From an uncultured bacterium (GTDB lineage: Bacteria > Auribacterota > Erginobacteria > Erginobacterales > Erginobacteraceae): a stretch of DNA of 64,000 nt. The DNA lies in contig CAWGIE010000008.1 in the NCBI GenBank assembly GCA_963822585.1, positions 1 to 64,000 on the forward strand, in the 5' to 3' direction. Below, one piece after another: positions 23,070 to 33,823 of this stretch. A model generated the notes under the pieces. That model was not told the DNA's origin, did not search any database, and was given only the letters and a program-made list of their open reading frames with translations. The position numbers and the translations under genes were made by a program. Within the stretch, counting starts at the first letter, position 1, and each line of letters opens with the position of its first letter.

Positions 23070-26000
23070 ATGAATTCCTCGGATTTCGTTCATCTCCATA
23101 CACATACGGAATACAGCCTCCTGGATGGCGCTTCCCGGATACCGGTTCTTCTGGAGCGTGCCGCCCGTCTGAAGATGCCGGCCCTGGCCATTACCGATCA
23201 TGGTTCGATGTCGGGGGTGGTGAAGTTTTATAAAGCGGCCCTGGAAGCCGGGATCAGTCCCATTATCGGTTGCGAGTTCTACATCGCTCCGGGCAGCCGT
23301 TTCGAAAAATCCGCCGGGCCCCGGACGCACTCCTTTCATCTCACTCTCCTGGCCCGCGACCGGGCCGGATATCATAATCTTCTGATTCTAATCTCAAAGG
23401 CCCACCTGGAAGGCTTTTACTACAAGCCCCGGATCGACCGGGATCTGCTGGAACAGTACCATGAAGGACTGATCGGGTTAAGCGGCTGTCTGAAAGGAGA
23501 AATCCCTCAGGCGCTGGTGACGGGTGACAGCGGTGCCGCTGATGCCTGCGCAGCCTATTATTCCGGACTCTTCGGGAAGGATAATTTTTATCTTGAACTG
23601 ATGGATCATGGTCTTCCCGAACAAAAGAGAATCATCCCGCTCCTGCTCGAACTCTCCCGACGGCATGGTGTTCCGCCGGTGGCTACCAATGATATCCATT
23701 ACGTCAATCGTGAAGACGCCTATTCCCAGGAAGTTCTCCTCTGTATCCAGACCGGGCGGATGCTTGAGGACGAGGGCCGGATGAAGCTTTCCTCCGAAGA
23801 GTTTTATCTGAAATCCTCCGAGGAGATGGAGGCTCTCTTCGGAGAAGTCCCCCAGGCGCTTCTGAATACCCGGAAGATCGCCGACCGTTGTTCACTGGAG
23901 ATTGAATTCAGAAATGATCTGCTCCCGAACTTTCAAACCCCTCCGGGAAAGAACCCCGGGGGATATCTCCGCGAGCTCTGTGAAAAAGGTATCCCCGGGC
24001 GCTACGGAGAAGAGACCACGACGATCCGGGAGCGTCTGGAGCACGAATTGAAAGTTATCGAGGGAAAACGGTTCGTCAATTATTTCCTGATTGTCTGGGA
24101 CCTTATCCGGTATGCCAAGATGAATAAAATCCCGGTTGGTCCGGGCCGGGGATCGGCCGCCGGGAGTATCGTCTCCTACCTGCTGGGGATCACCGACATC
24201 GATCCGTTTCGTCACAATCTGCTTTTCGAGCGTTTTCTCAACCCCAATCGGACGACGATGCCGGATATCGACATGGATATTTCCGATCAGGGGCGGGCGG
24301 AACTGATTAAATATACCAGTCAGAAATATGGGGAAGAACGGGTTTGCCAGATCATAACCTTCGGGTCCATGAAGGCGCGGGCGGTTATCCGCGATGTCGG
24401 AAGAGTGATGGGCATGCCTTACGGGGATGTTGACCGGATTGCCAAATTGATCCCCCCGGGCCCGCATATGAGCCTGAAAAAAGCTCTTCGTGCCGAACCC
24501 AAACTGCAGGGTCTCTACGAGAAAGACGCCCGGCTCAAGGAACTGTTCGAGATCAGTTTCAAGCTGGAAGGGATCTCCCGCCATGCCGGTACGCATGCCG
24601 CCGGAGTCATCATTTCCCGCCAGCCTCTGACTGACCATGTGCCCCTTCGCCGGGGTAAGGACGATGAAGTAATCACCCAGTTCGACATGCATGACGCGGA
24701 AGAAGTCGGCCTCCTCAAGATGGACTTTCTCGGTCTCCGGACTCTCTCCGTCATTCAGGATACCCTGGATCTTATTGAGAAGATCCGGGGTGAAACGATC
24801 AACCTGAATACCCTTCCCCTCGACGATCCCGAAACCTTCCAGCTCCTCTCCAAGGCCAACACCATGGGAGTATTTCAGCTGGAAGGATCGGGGATGAGGG
24901 ATCTTTCCACCCGGATCGGGCTGAAGAGATTCGATGACATCCTGGACCTGGTGGCTCTCTACAGACCCGGGCCGATGCATATGCTGGAGGACTACATCGC
25001 CCGGAAGCACGGCAAGGTGAAGATCAAGTACGCGCATCCGCTTCTGGAGCCGATTTTGCGGGATACCTACGGTGTCATGCTCTATCAGGAACAAGTGATG
25101 CTGATCGCCAACCGGTTGGCCGGCTTTACCCTGGCCAAAGCAGACACCCTCCGCCAGGCGATGGCCAAGAAGAAAGCCGATAAGATGGCTCAGCTGGGTG
25201 AAGCGTTCATCCGGGGCGCGACGGAGCGGGGGATCAAGAAAGCGCTGGCGGAAGATATTTTCAAGGACATGTCCCGCTTCGCGGAGTATGGCTTCAACAA
25301 GTCTCACAGCGCCGCCTATGCCCTGATCGCCTACCGGACCGCCTACTTGAAGGCGCATTATCCGCGGGAATTCATGGCTTCATTGCTCACCAGCGAAATG
25401 AACGACATGGACAAGATGATGTCCTATGTGGCGGAGTGCCGGGCGATGGGGATTGAGGTCCTTCCCCCGGATATCAACGAGAGTGAGGCCACCTTTACCG
25501 TGGTCGGAGAAAATATCCGCTTCGGATTGAATGCGGTCAAAAACGTGGGCGTGGGGGCGGTCTCGGCGATCCTGGCCGCCCGGCGGGAGGGAGATCTTTT
25601 TGTCTCTTTCTTCCGGTTGCTGGAGAGGTTGGACCTCTCCGCGGTCAATAAAAAAGTTCTGGAGACTCTGATCAAATGCGGAGCGCTTGATTCTCTCCCC
25701 GGATATCGTTCGCAGAAACTGGAGGTCCTCGAAGACGCCCTCCAGAGGGCCCATCAGACGCGAAAAGACAGGGAAAACGGACAGGCCACTCTCTTCGCCC
25801 GGTTTGACGCCGAAAAGACGAAGAATGGGGAGCCTGATTTCCCGCAGATGGATGAATGGCATCAGAACAAGTGTCTGGCCATGGAGAAGGAACTGATGGG
25901 AATGTACATCTCCGGTCATCCCTTGAGCCCCCATGAGAAGACCATCCGCGCGCTGGCGACGCATTCGATCATCCAGCTGCGGGAACTCAGGGATGGTACC

Positions 26001-26504
26001 CAGGTCAGGGTGGGGGGAATTATCGAGCAGGTCAAGGAGCAGACGTCACAGAAGACCGGCCGGGCGTTTGCCTTTTGCCAGCTGGAGGACCTGACCGGGG
26101 TGGTCGAGGTCACGGCCTGGAGCGAAGAGTACGCTACATTCGGGCATCTTCTGCAGCCGGGGAAGATTGTTTTTGTGGAAGGTAAAGTCAAATCCCGCGA
26201 CCGCGGGAGCAACGTCCAGATCACGGCGGTCCATTCCCTGGAAGATGCACAGGCGCAGTTTGCCCGGGCGCTCCATGTTTACCTGCACCTTGCCTCGATT
26301 GACGGTGATCGGATTCAAGCCCTGCGGCAAGTACTGGTGCGGGTACGAGGCACCTGTCCGGTTTTCCTTGATTTCGCTTTCGCCACCGGGGAAAAGGTTC
26401 TGATCCAGGCCGGTGACCGGTTCCGGGTCCAATGCACCCCCCAGCTGATCAAGGAAATAGAGGATCTGCTGGGCGAAAACACCGCTTTTATCAAGACAAA
26501 ATGA
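23070..26504 (+). CDS. dnaE: DNA polymerase III alpha subunit
   Basis: HLHTHTEYSLLDG PHP domain, GRGSAAGS, PDIDMD, KMDFLGL, YGFNKSH, C-terminal OB fold. Confidence 0.99.
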   Translation: MNSSDFVHLHTHTEYSLLDGASRIPVLLERAARLKMPALAITDHGSMSGVVKFYKAALEAGISPIIGCEFYIAPGSRFEKSAGPRTHSFHLTLLARDRAGYHNLLILISKAHLEGFYYKPRIDRDLLEQYHEGLIGLSGCLKGEIPQALVTGDSGAADACAAYYSGLFGKDNFYLELMDHGLPEQKRIIPLLLELSRRHGVPPVATNDIHYVNREDAYSQEVLLCIQTGRMLEDEGRMKLSSEEFYLKSSEEMEALFGEVPQALLNTRKIADRCSLEIEFRNDLLPNFQTPPGKNPGGYLRELCEKGIPGRYGEETTTIRERLEHELKVIEGKRFVNYFLIVWDLIRYAKMNKIPVGPGRGSAAGSIVSYLLGITDIDPFRHNLLFERFLNPNRTTMPDIDMDISDQGRAELIKYTSQKYGEERVCQIITFGSMKARAVIRDVGRVMGMPYGDVDRIAKLIPPGPHMSLKKALRAEPKLQGLYEKDARLKELFEISFKLEGISRHAGTHAAGVIISRQPLTDHVPLRRGKDDEVITQFDMHDAEEVGLLKMDFLGLRTLSVIQDTLDLIEKIRGETINLNTLPLDDPETFQLLSKANTMGVFQLEGSGMRDLSTRIGLKRFDDILDLVALYRPGPMHMLEDYIARKHGKVKIKYAHPLLEPILRDTYGVMLYQEQVMLIANRLAGFTLAKADTLRQAMAKKKADKMAQLGEAFIRGATERGIKKALAEDIFKDMSRFAEYGFNKSHSAAYALIAYRTAYLKAHYPREFMASLLTSEMNDMDKMMSYVAECRAMGIEVLPPDINESEATFTVVGENIRFGLNAVKNVGVGAVSAILAARREGDLFVSFFRLLERLDLSAVNKKVLETLIKCGALDSLPGYRSQKLEVLEDALQRAHQTRKDRENGQATLFARFDAEKTKNGEPDFPQMDEWHQNKCLAMEKELMGMYISGHPLSPHEKTIRALATHSIIQLRELRDGTQVRVGGIIEQVKEQTSQKTGRAFAFCQLEDLTGVVEVTAWSEEYATFGHLLQPGKIVFVEGKVKSRDRGSNVQITAVHSLEDAQAQFARALHVYLHLASIDGDRIQALRQVLVRVRGTCPVFLDFAFATGEKVLIQAGDRFRVQCTPQLIKEIEDLLGENTAFIKTK

Positions 26505-26673
26505 GGGTCCCGGTCCGTCATTGTTTTTTATATTGCTTTGGACCGGAGGGGTTGATAAAATACGGACACTCTGGAAAGAAGAGTTTTCAGATCGCGATAA
26601 TAACGAGCGAAACCCGTGTCGTGGGGTTCAGTCGCACCTATTCTCTTATCGAGGAAGCGTTGAAAGGGGGGAG

Positions 26674-26961
26674 ATGATGACAAAGCGAGACTTAGTGGTA
26701 AAAATCGCCAGTGAGACCGGTCTCACTCAATTGGCGGTCAAGGAGGTTATCCAGAAGTTCCTGGACAGCGTTATCGATGATCTGGCCCGGGGAGATAACG
26801 TTGAATTCCGCAATTTCGGGGTATTTCAATGCGTCTACCGGAAACCGCGGATCGGGCGGAATCCCCGTAAACCCCAGGACATTGTACAGATTCCGGGCCG
26901 GCGCGTGGTCCGTTTCAAGCCGGGCAAGGATATGAAGATCAAGATGTCCCGGACCGGCTGA
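26674..26961 (+). CDS. HU/IHF family DNA-binding protein
   Basis: MTKRDLV, VEFRNFGVF, RIGRNPRK, VVRFKPGK. Confidence 0.95.
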   Translation: MMTKRDLVVKIASETGLTQLAVKEVIQKFLDSVIDDLARGDNVEFRNFGVFQCVYRKPRIGRNPRKPQDIVQIPGRRVVRFKPGKDMKIKMSRTG

Positions 26962-27108
26962 TTCCCGCCCCTCCTCTGCTTCTTCAACACCCTGTTCCAG
27001 GACAAGAGGCCGCGCCAGGCTTGTCTCCAAGTTGTCGCGCCTTGAATTTGGATTTTTTGTTTGGCCGGGCAGACCCCAATCATCATGATTGGGGTCTACT
27101 ATTTATCG

Positions 27109-28404
27109 ATGAAAAAAAAATTTCAGGCAGTAAAAGGAATGCAGGATATCTTCGGGGAGGAATCCCGGCGATTTTCCGCTCTCGAGGCCCAGGCCCATGC
27201 GGTGGGGGAGCGCTATGGCTACGAGGAAATTCGTACGCCGCTGGTCGAGCCGACCGAACTCTTTGTCCGCAGTATCGGTGAGGCCACCGATATCGTGGAA
27301 AAGGAAATGTTTACCTTCACCGATGCCGCCGACAAATCCCTGACTCTGCGCCCGGAAGGGACCGCCGGGGTGGTCCGGGCTTACCTGGAGGGGAATATCG
27401 GAGCCCGTCAGCAGCTGGCCAAATTTTTCTATCTGGGGCCGATGTTCCGGCGGGAGAAACCCCAGGCCGGCCGTCGCCGCCAGTTCAATCAGTTCGGGAC
27501 CGAAGCCTTGGGAAGCTCCAATCCGGCCCTTGATGTTGAGACCATCGATCTGATGACGGGGTATGGCCGCAGCCTTGGTCTGGAGAACTGCGAACTGGCC
27601 GTCAACAGCGTCGGTTGCCGTAAATGCCGCCCGGCTTATATCGGAAGCCTGACGGAGTACTTGCAAAAACGGGAAGCGGCTTTCTGCGGTAACTGCCGAA
27701 AGAGAATAAAGCGGAACCCGCTTCGTGTACTGGATTGTAAAAATCCCGATTGTGAAAAGTTGGTCGAAGCCGCTCCCCGGATCACCGATAATCTTTGTTC
27801 GAATTGCGCCGAGCATTTTGACGCAGTGAAAAAGTACCTGGAGTCCATCTCCTTGAAGTTTATCGTCAGTCCCCTCCTGGTCCGGGGACTGGACTACTAT
27901 ACCGGGACCGTCTTTGAATTATACAGTTCCGATCTTGGCGCCCAAGCCGCCCTTGGCGCTGGCGGCCGTTATGACAATCTGGTCGAGGATCTCGGCGGAG
28001 ACCCTACCGGGGCCGTGGGATTTTCGATCGGGCTGGAACGGATTTTGATGCTCCTGGAAGGGAAGGAAATTCCGAAAGTCGGGAATGACGAAATGAAGTG
28101 GTCGATATTTTTGGCTGGACTGGGAGATGATGCTTTCAAGATGAACTTTGTTCTTCTTGCCCGACTGAGAAGAAAAGGATACCCGGCCGGAATCGACTAT
28201 CTTGGTCGGAGCCTGAAAGCCCAGATGCGCGAGGCCAACCGGCAGAACACAGATATTGTGATTATCCGGGGCGCCGACGAGATTGAGAAAGGGGGCGTCC
28301 AACTTAAATATATGGCGACCGGGGAAGAAAGTTTTGTGGCCGATAATGAAATTATAGAGACATTGGCAAAAAGACCACCAGTGTTAGATTTGAATATGGA
28401 GTAG
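27109..28404 (+). CDS. hisS: Histidine--tRNA ligase
   Basis: LRPEGTAG, FRREKPQAGRRRQFNQ, LVRGLDYY, GGRYD, GFSIGLER. Confidence 0.98.
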   Translation: MKKKFQAVKGMQDIFGEESRRFSALEAQAHAVGERYGYEEIRTPLVEPTELFVRSIGEATDIVEKEMFTFTDAADKSLTLRPEGTAGVVRAYLEGNIGARQQLAKFFYLGPMFRREKPQAGRRRQFNQFGTEALGSSNPALDVETIDLMTGYGRSLGLENCELAVNSVGCRKCRPAYIGSLTEYLQKREAAFCGNCRKRIKRNPLRVLDCKNPDCEKLVEAAPRITDNLCSNCAEHFDAVKKYLESISLKFIVSPLLVRGLDYYTGTVFELYSSDLGAQAALGAGGRYDNLVEDLGGDPTGAVGFSIGLERILMLLEGKEIPKVGNDEMKWSIFLAGLGDDAFKMNFVLLARLRRKGYPAGIDYLGRSLKAQMREANRQNTDIVIIRGADEIEKGGVQLKYMATGEESFVADNEIIETLAKRPPVLDLNME

Positions 28405-28411
28405 ACGTATA

Positions 28412-30193
28412 ATGAAATTTTGGAAGCGTGATCATATCTGCGGCGAATTGCGCCGGGCGGATGAGGGCAGCCGGGTTGTGCTCTCGGGTTGGGTGCGTCG
28501 TCGCCGCGATCACGGCGGCGTGATCTTCATCGATCTCTGCGACCGGTCGGGAGTTACTCAGGTTGTCTTCAGTCCGGAGGCCGATCCGGAAGCTCACCGT
28601 TTGGCGGAAGGTCTCCGGTCGGAGTACGTTATCGCTGTTCAGGGAACGGTCCGGCCTCGTCCGGAAGGAACCGTAAATCCAAAATTACCGACGGGCGAGA
28701 TTGAGATCTTTGCCGATGCTCTTCAAATTTTAAATCCCAGCAAGACACCCCCATTCCCGATTGAAGACGAGGAAGATCTCCAGGAAGAGGTTCGCCTCAG
28801 GTACCGATATCTCGATCTGAGGCGACCGGCGATGCTGAAGAACCTTTACCTGCGCCACCGGGTAACCCGGCGGATCCGGGAAATTCTCGGCGACCGGGGT
28901 TTCTGGGAGATCGAAACGCCGCTTTTAACTAAAAGCACCCCCGAAGGAGCACGGGATTACCTGGTCCCCAGCCGGGTTCATCCGGGCCAATTTTACGCTT
29001 TGCCCCAGTCTCCCCAGCTTTTCAAGCAGATGCTGATGGTCGCGGGCGTCGATAAGTACTTCCAGATCGCGCGGTGCCTGCGGGATGAGGATCTGCGGGC
29101 CGACCGGCAGCCCGAACATACCCAGATAGATTTGGAGATGTCTTTTGTCGAGCCGGAGGATATTTTCGAAGTGATCGAGGATATGCTCTCCCGGATCTTC
29201 TCGGAGTTCGTCGGTTTCACGATGGAGCTGCCGCTTCCCCGGATGACCTATGCCGACGCGATGCTGCATTTCGGGAGCGACAAGCCGGATCTTCGGTTTG
29301 ATCTCCGGATTTCCGAACTGAGCGATATCTTTCGGGAGAGTGAATTTCGGGTTTTTCAGGAGGTCCTGGCCGGAAACGGCGTGATCAGGGGATTTGCCGT
29401 TCCCGGAGGCGGAGGGATCTCTCTCAAGCAGCTGGATGACCTGACCGCGTTTTCTCGGGAATCCGGGGCCGGGGGGCTGCTCTGGATCCTGTTCAAGGAG
29501 GACGGGAGCCTGAAATCCCCCATGAAAAAGTTTCTTCCCGATAACGTGCTCCTCTCCCTGCGGGAAAGGCTGGGCTGCCGTCCGGGGGATTGTGTGATGA
29601 TGATCGCCGATCAGCCGGCCGTCGCCGCCCGGGTCCTGGGTCGGCTGCGCGGCCGGGTCGCCGCGGATCTGGATCTGATCCCTGAAGGAAAGTATGCTTT
29701 TCTCTGGGTGGTCGATTTTCCGCTCCTGGCGTATAACCCGGAAGAGAAGCGTTATGAGGCGGTGCATCACCCCTTCACGAGCCCACATCCCGATGATATC
29801 CCGCTCCTCGACACGGACCCGGGTAAGGCCCGGTCCCTGGCCTACGACGTGGTCCTGAACGGCACGGAATTGGGAGGGGGGAGCATCAGGATCCACCAGG
29901 AGGAGGTGCAGGAAAAAATGTTCGCCCTGCTAAATATCAACCGGGAAGAAGCCCGCAGCCGTTTCGGATTTTTGCTGGAGGCGCTTCAGTACGGTGCCCC
30001 TCCTCATGGCGGTATCGCCCTTGGCCTGGACCGTCTCCTGATGCTGATGGGCGGTCTCGACTCAATCCGTGACGTGATCACCTTTCCGAAAACACAGAAG
30101 GCTATCTGCCTGACGACCGGGTCCCCTTCCGCCGTTTCTCCGCGCCAGCTGAAAGAGCTGCACATTACATTAGCGCCCGAGGCGCTGACATAA
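28412..30193 (+). CDS. aspS: Aspartate--tRNA ligase (RDHGG motif suggests the non-discriminating type)
   Basis: RRRDHGGVIFIDL, TPEGARDY, LPQSPQLFKQ, GAPPHGGIALGLDR. Confidence 0.98.
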   Translation: MKFWKRDHICGELRRADEGSRVVLSGWVRRRRDHGGVIFIDLCDRSGVTQVVFSPEADPEAHRLAEGLRSEYVIAVQGTVRPRPEGTVNPKLPTGEIEIFADALQILNPSKTPPFPIEDEEDLQEEVRLRYRYLDLRRPAMLKNLYLRHRVTRRIREILGDRGFWEIETPLLTKSTPEGARDYLVPSRVHPGQFYALPQSPQLFKQMLMVAGVDKYFQIARCLRDEDLRADRQPEHTQIDLEMSFVEPEDIFEVIEDMLSRIFSEFVGFTMELPLPRMTYADAMLHFGSDKPDLRFDLRISELSDIFRESEFRVFQEVLAGNGVIRGFAVPGGGGISLKQLDDLTAFSRESGAGGLLWILFKEDGSLKSPMKKFLPDNVLLSLRERLGCRPGDCVMMIADQPAVAARVLGRLRGRVAADLDLIPEGKYAFLWVVDFPLLAYNPEEKRYEAVHHPFTSPHPDDIPLLDTDPGKARSLAYDVVLNGTELGGGSIRIHQEEVQEKMFALLNINREEARSRFGFLLEALQYGAPPHGGIALGLDRLLMLMGGLDSIRDVITFPKTQKAICLTTGSPSAVSPRQLKELHITLAPEALT

Positions 30194-30219
30194 CTGCTTC
30201 TGAATTTCAATAATTATTA

Positions 30220-30312
30220 GCCACCAAGGCACAAAGACACCAAGGAAAGAGGGAAAAAGGTAAGATACTCATCTCATCTGGTTTTTTCTTGGTGTCTTAG
30301 TGTCTTGGTGGC
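30220..30312. repeat. Inverted tandem 8-9-mer element (CACCAAG/CACAAAG), family 4
   Basis: gccaccaaggcacaaagacaccaag ... cttggtgtcttagtgtcttggtggc. Confidence 0.85.
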
Positions 30313-30352
30313 AAAAGTTGCGAGCGAAGCGAGCTAATTTATTAACGAGGAG

Positions 30353-31168
30353 ATGCTGATGACCGGATTAACGATTCTTACTTTATTGGCCGGGAGCGTA
30401 ATTGCCGCGCTGCCTCCCGGAGGGATTGCCGCGGGGACTGACACACCCCGGCCCGGTTCAAGCGTTCCCCCGGCTGTCGTCTCGCCCGCGCCGTCGCCCG
30501 GGGAAACGTTCACCCCCGAGCCTCCGGGGCAGGAGAGCGATACCCCGCTCTCCAGGAGGGAGGATATCATCCTCCTGAGCAAATTTTACCGGGGGATGGG
30601 GAATGGCAACGCGCCCAAGGGGTGGAAACTTGACGACAAGAAGGCCCCGATCGATATCTCGCTGGTAAAAGAAGGGGATCAGATTGCCGTCCAGCTGAAG
30701 AGCGAAGACAGCGCCTTCGGTATTTACAACACCCAGGAGTTCGATATCCGGGAGTATCCTTTTGTGAACTGGGAATGGAAGGTGCTTGATCTCCCGATCG
30801 ATGGAAGCTTCCTGGACAAGGACAAGGATGACCAGGCGGCTCAGGTTTATATCTCGTTTGGCTCCCTCTCCACTTTCAACAAGCCGTTTGTCAAGGCGGT
30901 TGGATATTACTGGTCCAGCACTCTTCCCGTCGGGACGGAGGGTCCCTGTCCTACCTGGGGGAAAAGCCGGGTCATCGTTCTCCAGACCGGCGATGAGAAA
31001 CGGGGGCAATGGGTCGCCCAGAAACGCAATGTTTATGATGATTATGCCCGGCTCTTCGAGGATAAGGAGCCGGCGAAAGTCAGCGCGCTCCGTCTCTATA
31101 CCAACTCGCAGCACACGCAAACGTCGAGCGAAGCGCTCTTCCGGAATATCTATTTTTCAAAAGAGTGA
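30353..31168 (+). CDS. Exported DUF3047-like protein
   Basis: Signal peptide, Pro-rich linker, WEWKV, DDQAAQVYISF, YYWS, W-x3-KRNVYDDY pattern. Confidence 0.75.
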   Translation: MLMTGLTILTLLAGSVIAALPPGGIAAGTDTPRPGSSVPPAVVSPAPSPGETFTPEPPGQESDTPLSRREDIILLSKFYRGMGNGNAPKGWKLDDKKAPIDISLVKEGDQIAVQLKSEDSAFGIYNTQEFDIREYPFVNWEWKVLDLPIDGSFLDKDKDDQAAQVYISFGSLSTFNKPFVKAVGYYWSSTLPVGTEGPCPTWGKSRVIVLQTGDEKRGQWVAQKRNVYDDYARLFEDKEPAKVSALRLYTNSQHTQTSSEALFRNIYFSKE

Positions 31169-31204
31169 CCGGGGGAGAGAAAAATACGCGAGAAAAAATT
31201 TTAT

Positions 31205-31232
31205 TTGACAAGGATGAATAAATTGGTACGAT
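31205..31232 (+). promoter_or_regulatory. sigma70-type promoter
   Basis: TTGACA, 16 bp, TACGAT upstream of 31322. Confidence 0.6.
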
Positions 31233-31321
31233 GTTATCATATTTTTTAGCGGAAGCGGGATGGCGTTGTCGTCCCCATAACTAAAATTTTCCGACAGGAA
31301 AATTTTACAAAGGAGGACCGT

Positions 31322-31642
31322 ATGAAGGGATTGTTAGTTGTTGGTATGCTGGCTGTGCTGGCTGTCTCCATCACCGGTTGCATCTCCCCGGTCGGCGCCC
31401 CGATCATGGGTGCCATTTACACCGGCGTGAAAGGTCCGGGCTATGCCATTGATTCTTCGGCTGCTTTTTCGAAAGTCGGCCAATCTGAGGCGCAGGCGAT
31501 CATCTGCGTTGCCACCGGCGACGCCAGTGTGAACACGGCCGCCAAGTCGGTCGGGATCACCAAGATTCATCATGTGGACGTCGATTATATGAGCATCCTC
31601 GGTGTCTACGGCAAGGTGACCACTACTGTTTATGGCGAATGA
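31322..31642 (+). CDS. TRL-like family lipoprotein
   Basis: Lipobox ITGC; KVGQSEA, ATGDASVNTAAK, GITKIHHVD; AGGAGG RBS. Confidence 0.85.
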   Translation: MKGLLVVGMLAVLAVSITGCISPVGAPIMGAIYTGVKGPGYAIDSSAAFSKVGQSEAQAIICVATGDASVNTAAKSVGITKIHHVDVDYMSILGVYGKVTTTVYGE

Positions 31643-31652
31643 GCCTTGAAAG

Positions 31653-31692
31653 AAATGCCCCTCACCCGGAAACGGGTGAGGGGCATTTTTTT
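31653..31692 (+). terminator. Rho-independent terminator, probably bidirectional
   Basis: aaatgcccctcacccg-GAAA-cgggtgaggggcattt followed by a T-run, between convergent genes. Confidence 0.9.
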
Positions 31693-31704
31693 ATTCTCGG
31701 AAAT

Positions 31705-32139
31705 TTATAAAAGGAATGTCGGAACATTCAGGGAAAAATAATTGAAGAGCGCGGGGAGAAAATCCCCGTCACGCGGCAGGCGGCGGCTCAGTTCCTCCAT
31801 CGGGCAGATTCCGCCGCCATCGGCTTTCCTGATCACATCCGTCGTCCGCGCTCCGGCTGTCGCTATTGCGTTGGTTTCGAGATAATGGAGCGCTTCTTTC
31901 GAAATCACCCCTGCCTCGACCCGGTTAACCATGCCCGAGACCGCGATCAGCCGGGCCGCCGCCATCCCGGTTACACGGTCGGCCAGGCAGGCCCCCTGGA
32001 TTTTCCCGCCCCATTCCGTCACGCATTCCAGCAGGGGCCGCAGCCCCCGTTTCCGGGATTTGAAGAGCACCCGCTCCCCATCTCGCAGAACCAGCGAATA
32101 ACCTCTTCCCGAATTCGTCTCTGTACTTATTCCCTTCAT
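31705..32139 (-). CDS. DUF1893 domain protein
   Basis: RGLRPLL, ADRVTGMAAA, ISKEAL, GICPMEE pattern. Confidence 0.8.
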   Translation of the reverse strand: MKGISTETNSGRGYSLVLRDGERVLFKSRKRGLRPLLECVTEWGGKIQGACLADRVTGMAAARLIAVSGMVNRVEAGVISKEALHYLETNAIATAGARTTDVIRKADGGGICPMEELSRRLPRDGDFLPALFNYFSLNVPTFLL

Positions 32140-32286
32140 TATTGTTCTTCGTCATAGTATAACGAAGTCCCGCTTCGGTCGGGGAAAAAACGACGAAGTA
32201 AACGAAGTATACTCATGGGGTAGAAATATTTCTTCGATGTCTGTTCAGCGCTGGTCGCGCTTATATTTTTCCGCAGGAAAAATATA

Positions 32287-32955
32287 ATGTTCCTGATAGT
32301 CATTATTCTGTTTGTCGCGATCGTTATTCTCGGCATCAGCCAGGGCCGGAAACGCGCCCTCGCCTGGCGCGGCTTCTCTAGCAGGTTTAACCTGCGATTG
32401 GTCTCCGGCGCGACCTCTTTTTTCTCGCCGGGTGTCCCGGTCCCGGCCGCCTGGGGAATCTTCCGCCTTTTTTCACGGGGTGACAGCCGGCGCGTTCCCT
32501 ACCGGGCCCGGGGCGAATACCGCGGCCATCCGATAGAAGTCTTTGATTACCAGTATAGCACCGGTTCGGGAAAAAACCGGCAGACTCACTTCTATACTCC
32601 GCTTATGGTGCATACCCCCTGGATGCTCGGCAGGATCATTATCCGGCCGGAAAACTTCCTGGACAAGATCGCCGCCGCCATCGGCTTCGACGATATCGAT
32701 CTTGATTCCCATGAATTCAACAGGAAGTTTTTTGTTAAATCTCCCGACAAAAAATATGCCTACGACCTTCTCCACCCCCGGTCGATGGAATACCTGCTCT
32801 CCCATCCGCGGATGACTGTTGAAACCGCTGAAGGTATTTTTCTTTTCTATTTTGAAGGAAAACTCGATCTGGGAAAGGCGCCGTCTCTGCTGGATGCCGG
32901 TGTCGGCTTTGTCGAACTTCTTCCGGAATATCTAACAAAACCGAAAGGTGCGTGA
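32287..32955 (+). CDS. Membrane-anchored hypothetical protein (DUF3137-like, lemA-associated)
   Basis: N-terminal TM; DIDLDSHEFNRKFFVKS motif; overlaps the lemA start. Confidence 0.75.
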   Translation: MFLIVIILFVAIVILGISQGRKRALAWRGFSSRFNLRLVSGATSFFSPGVPVPAAWGIFRLFSRGDSRRVPYRARGEYRGHPIEVFDYQYSTGSGKNRQTHFYTPLMVHTPWMLGRIIIRPENFLDKIAAAIGFDDIDLDSHEFNRKFFVKSPDKKYAYDLLHPRSMEYLLSHPRMTVETAEGIFLFYFEGKLDLGKAPSLLDAGVGFVELLPEYLTKPKGA

Positions 32956-33521
32956 TGATTATATTTGCTGGTCTTTTTCTTGCCGTTGTCCTGGTCTGGC
33001 TGATCGCCACCTATAACAGATTCGTCCGGCTCGGCAATTTAATCCGCGAGTCATGGTCGAATGTGGATTCGGAGCTGAAGCGGCGCTACGACCTGATACC
33101 GAACCTGGAGCGGGCGGTAAAAGGCTACGCGCGTCATGAACGGGAGGTTCTGGAGAATCTGACCCGGGCCCGCAGTCAGGCTCTGGAGAGCACCGGCTCT
33201 CCGGCCAGTCAGGCCAGGGACGAAAATGAGTTGATCTCCGCTCTCCGTTCGGTCCTGGCAGTGGCTGAGAACTACCCCGAATTGAAGGCCAGCCGGAATT
33301 TTCTTCAGCTCCAGGAAGAGTTGGCCAATACCGAGGACCGCATCCAGGCCGCCCGCCGTTTTTACAACGGCAATGTCCGTGAAAACAACGTTCTGCTGGA
33401 GACGTTTCCTTCCCGCCTGGTCGCCTCTCTCGGCGCCTTTACCGGGAAAGAGTATTTCAGCATCGAAGAGAGTGTTCAGCGGCAGCCGCCACGGGTCGAC
33501 AGTGCCCGGGGCACCGGCTAA
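32952..33521 (+). CDS. lemA: LemA family protein
   Basis: YNRFV, LKRRYDLIPNL, ENYPELKA, EDRIQAARRFYN. Confidence 0.96.
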   Translation: MMIIFAGLFLAVVLVWLIATYNRFVRLGNLIRESWSNVDSELKRRYDLIPNLERAVKGYARHEREVLENLTRARSQALESTGSPASQARDENELISALRSVLAVAENYPELKASRNFLQLQEELANTEDRIQAARRFYNGNVRENNVLLETFPSRLVASLGAFTGKEYFSIEESVQRQPPRVDSARGTG

Positions 33522-33532
33522 TCCGCTCCCTC

Positions 33533-33823
33533 TTAACCCGATTTATGAATAAATCGGGTTAGTTTTGAACCATGACAAGGATTAAATGAACAGACACACA
33601 AAAAGATATTCATTTTATCAAATTCTCTGGCAATGGATTACAGTCAAAAGTCTACTTCTGCCGGCAGCGTTAATAGAAAGAATACCGCGTTGTCCTTGCG
33701 GAGAAGAAAAAGCAGAGTGCTGTCGCCGCATAAATAGGATTGCTCTTCAGAATACATTGAACGAAAATTAGTAACCTGGATTAATCATGAAAAGTGAAAA
33801 TTTTCATGATTAATCCAGGTTAA
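33533..33823. mobile_element. ~290 bp MITE-like element with palindromic ends, copy 1
   Basis: Homologous to 37747-38037 and 58554-58840; TAACCCGATTTAT..ATAAATCGGGTTA left end and TAACCTGGATTAATCATGAAAA..TTTTCATGATTAATCCAGGTTA right end. Confidence 0.75.

Noticed and set aside
33586..33771. 61-aa ORF inside the 290-bp element
   Set aside because: Copy 3 has a stop after MNRHTKRY and copy 2 lacks the start, so coding is not conserved
33533..33823. Integron attC interpretation of the TAAC...GTTA hairpins
   Set aside because: Hairpins are near-perfect without the typical extrahelical bases, come as fixed pairs around non-coding DNA, and there is no integrase or cassette array
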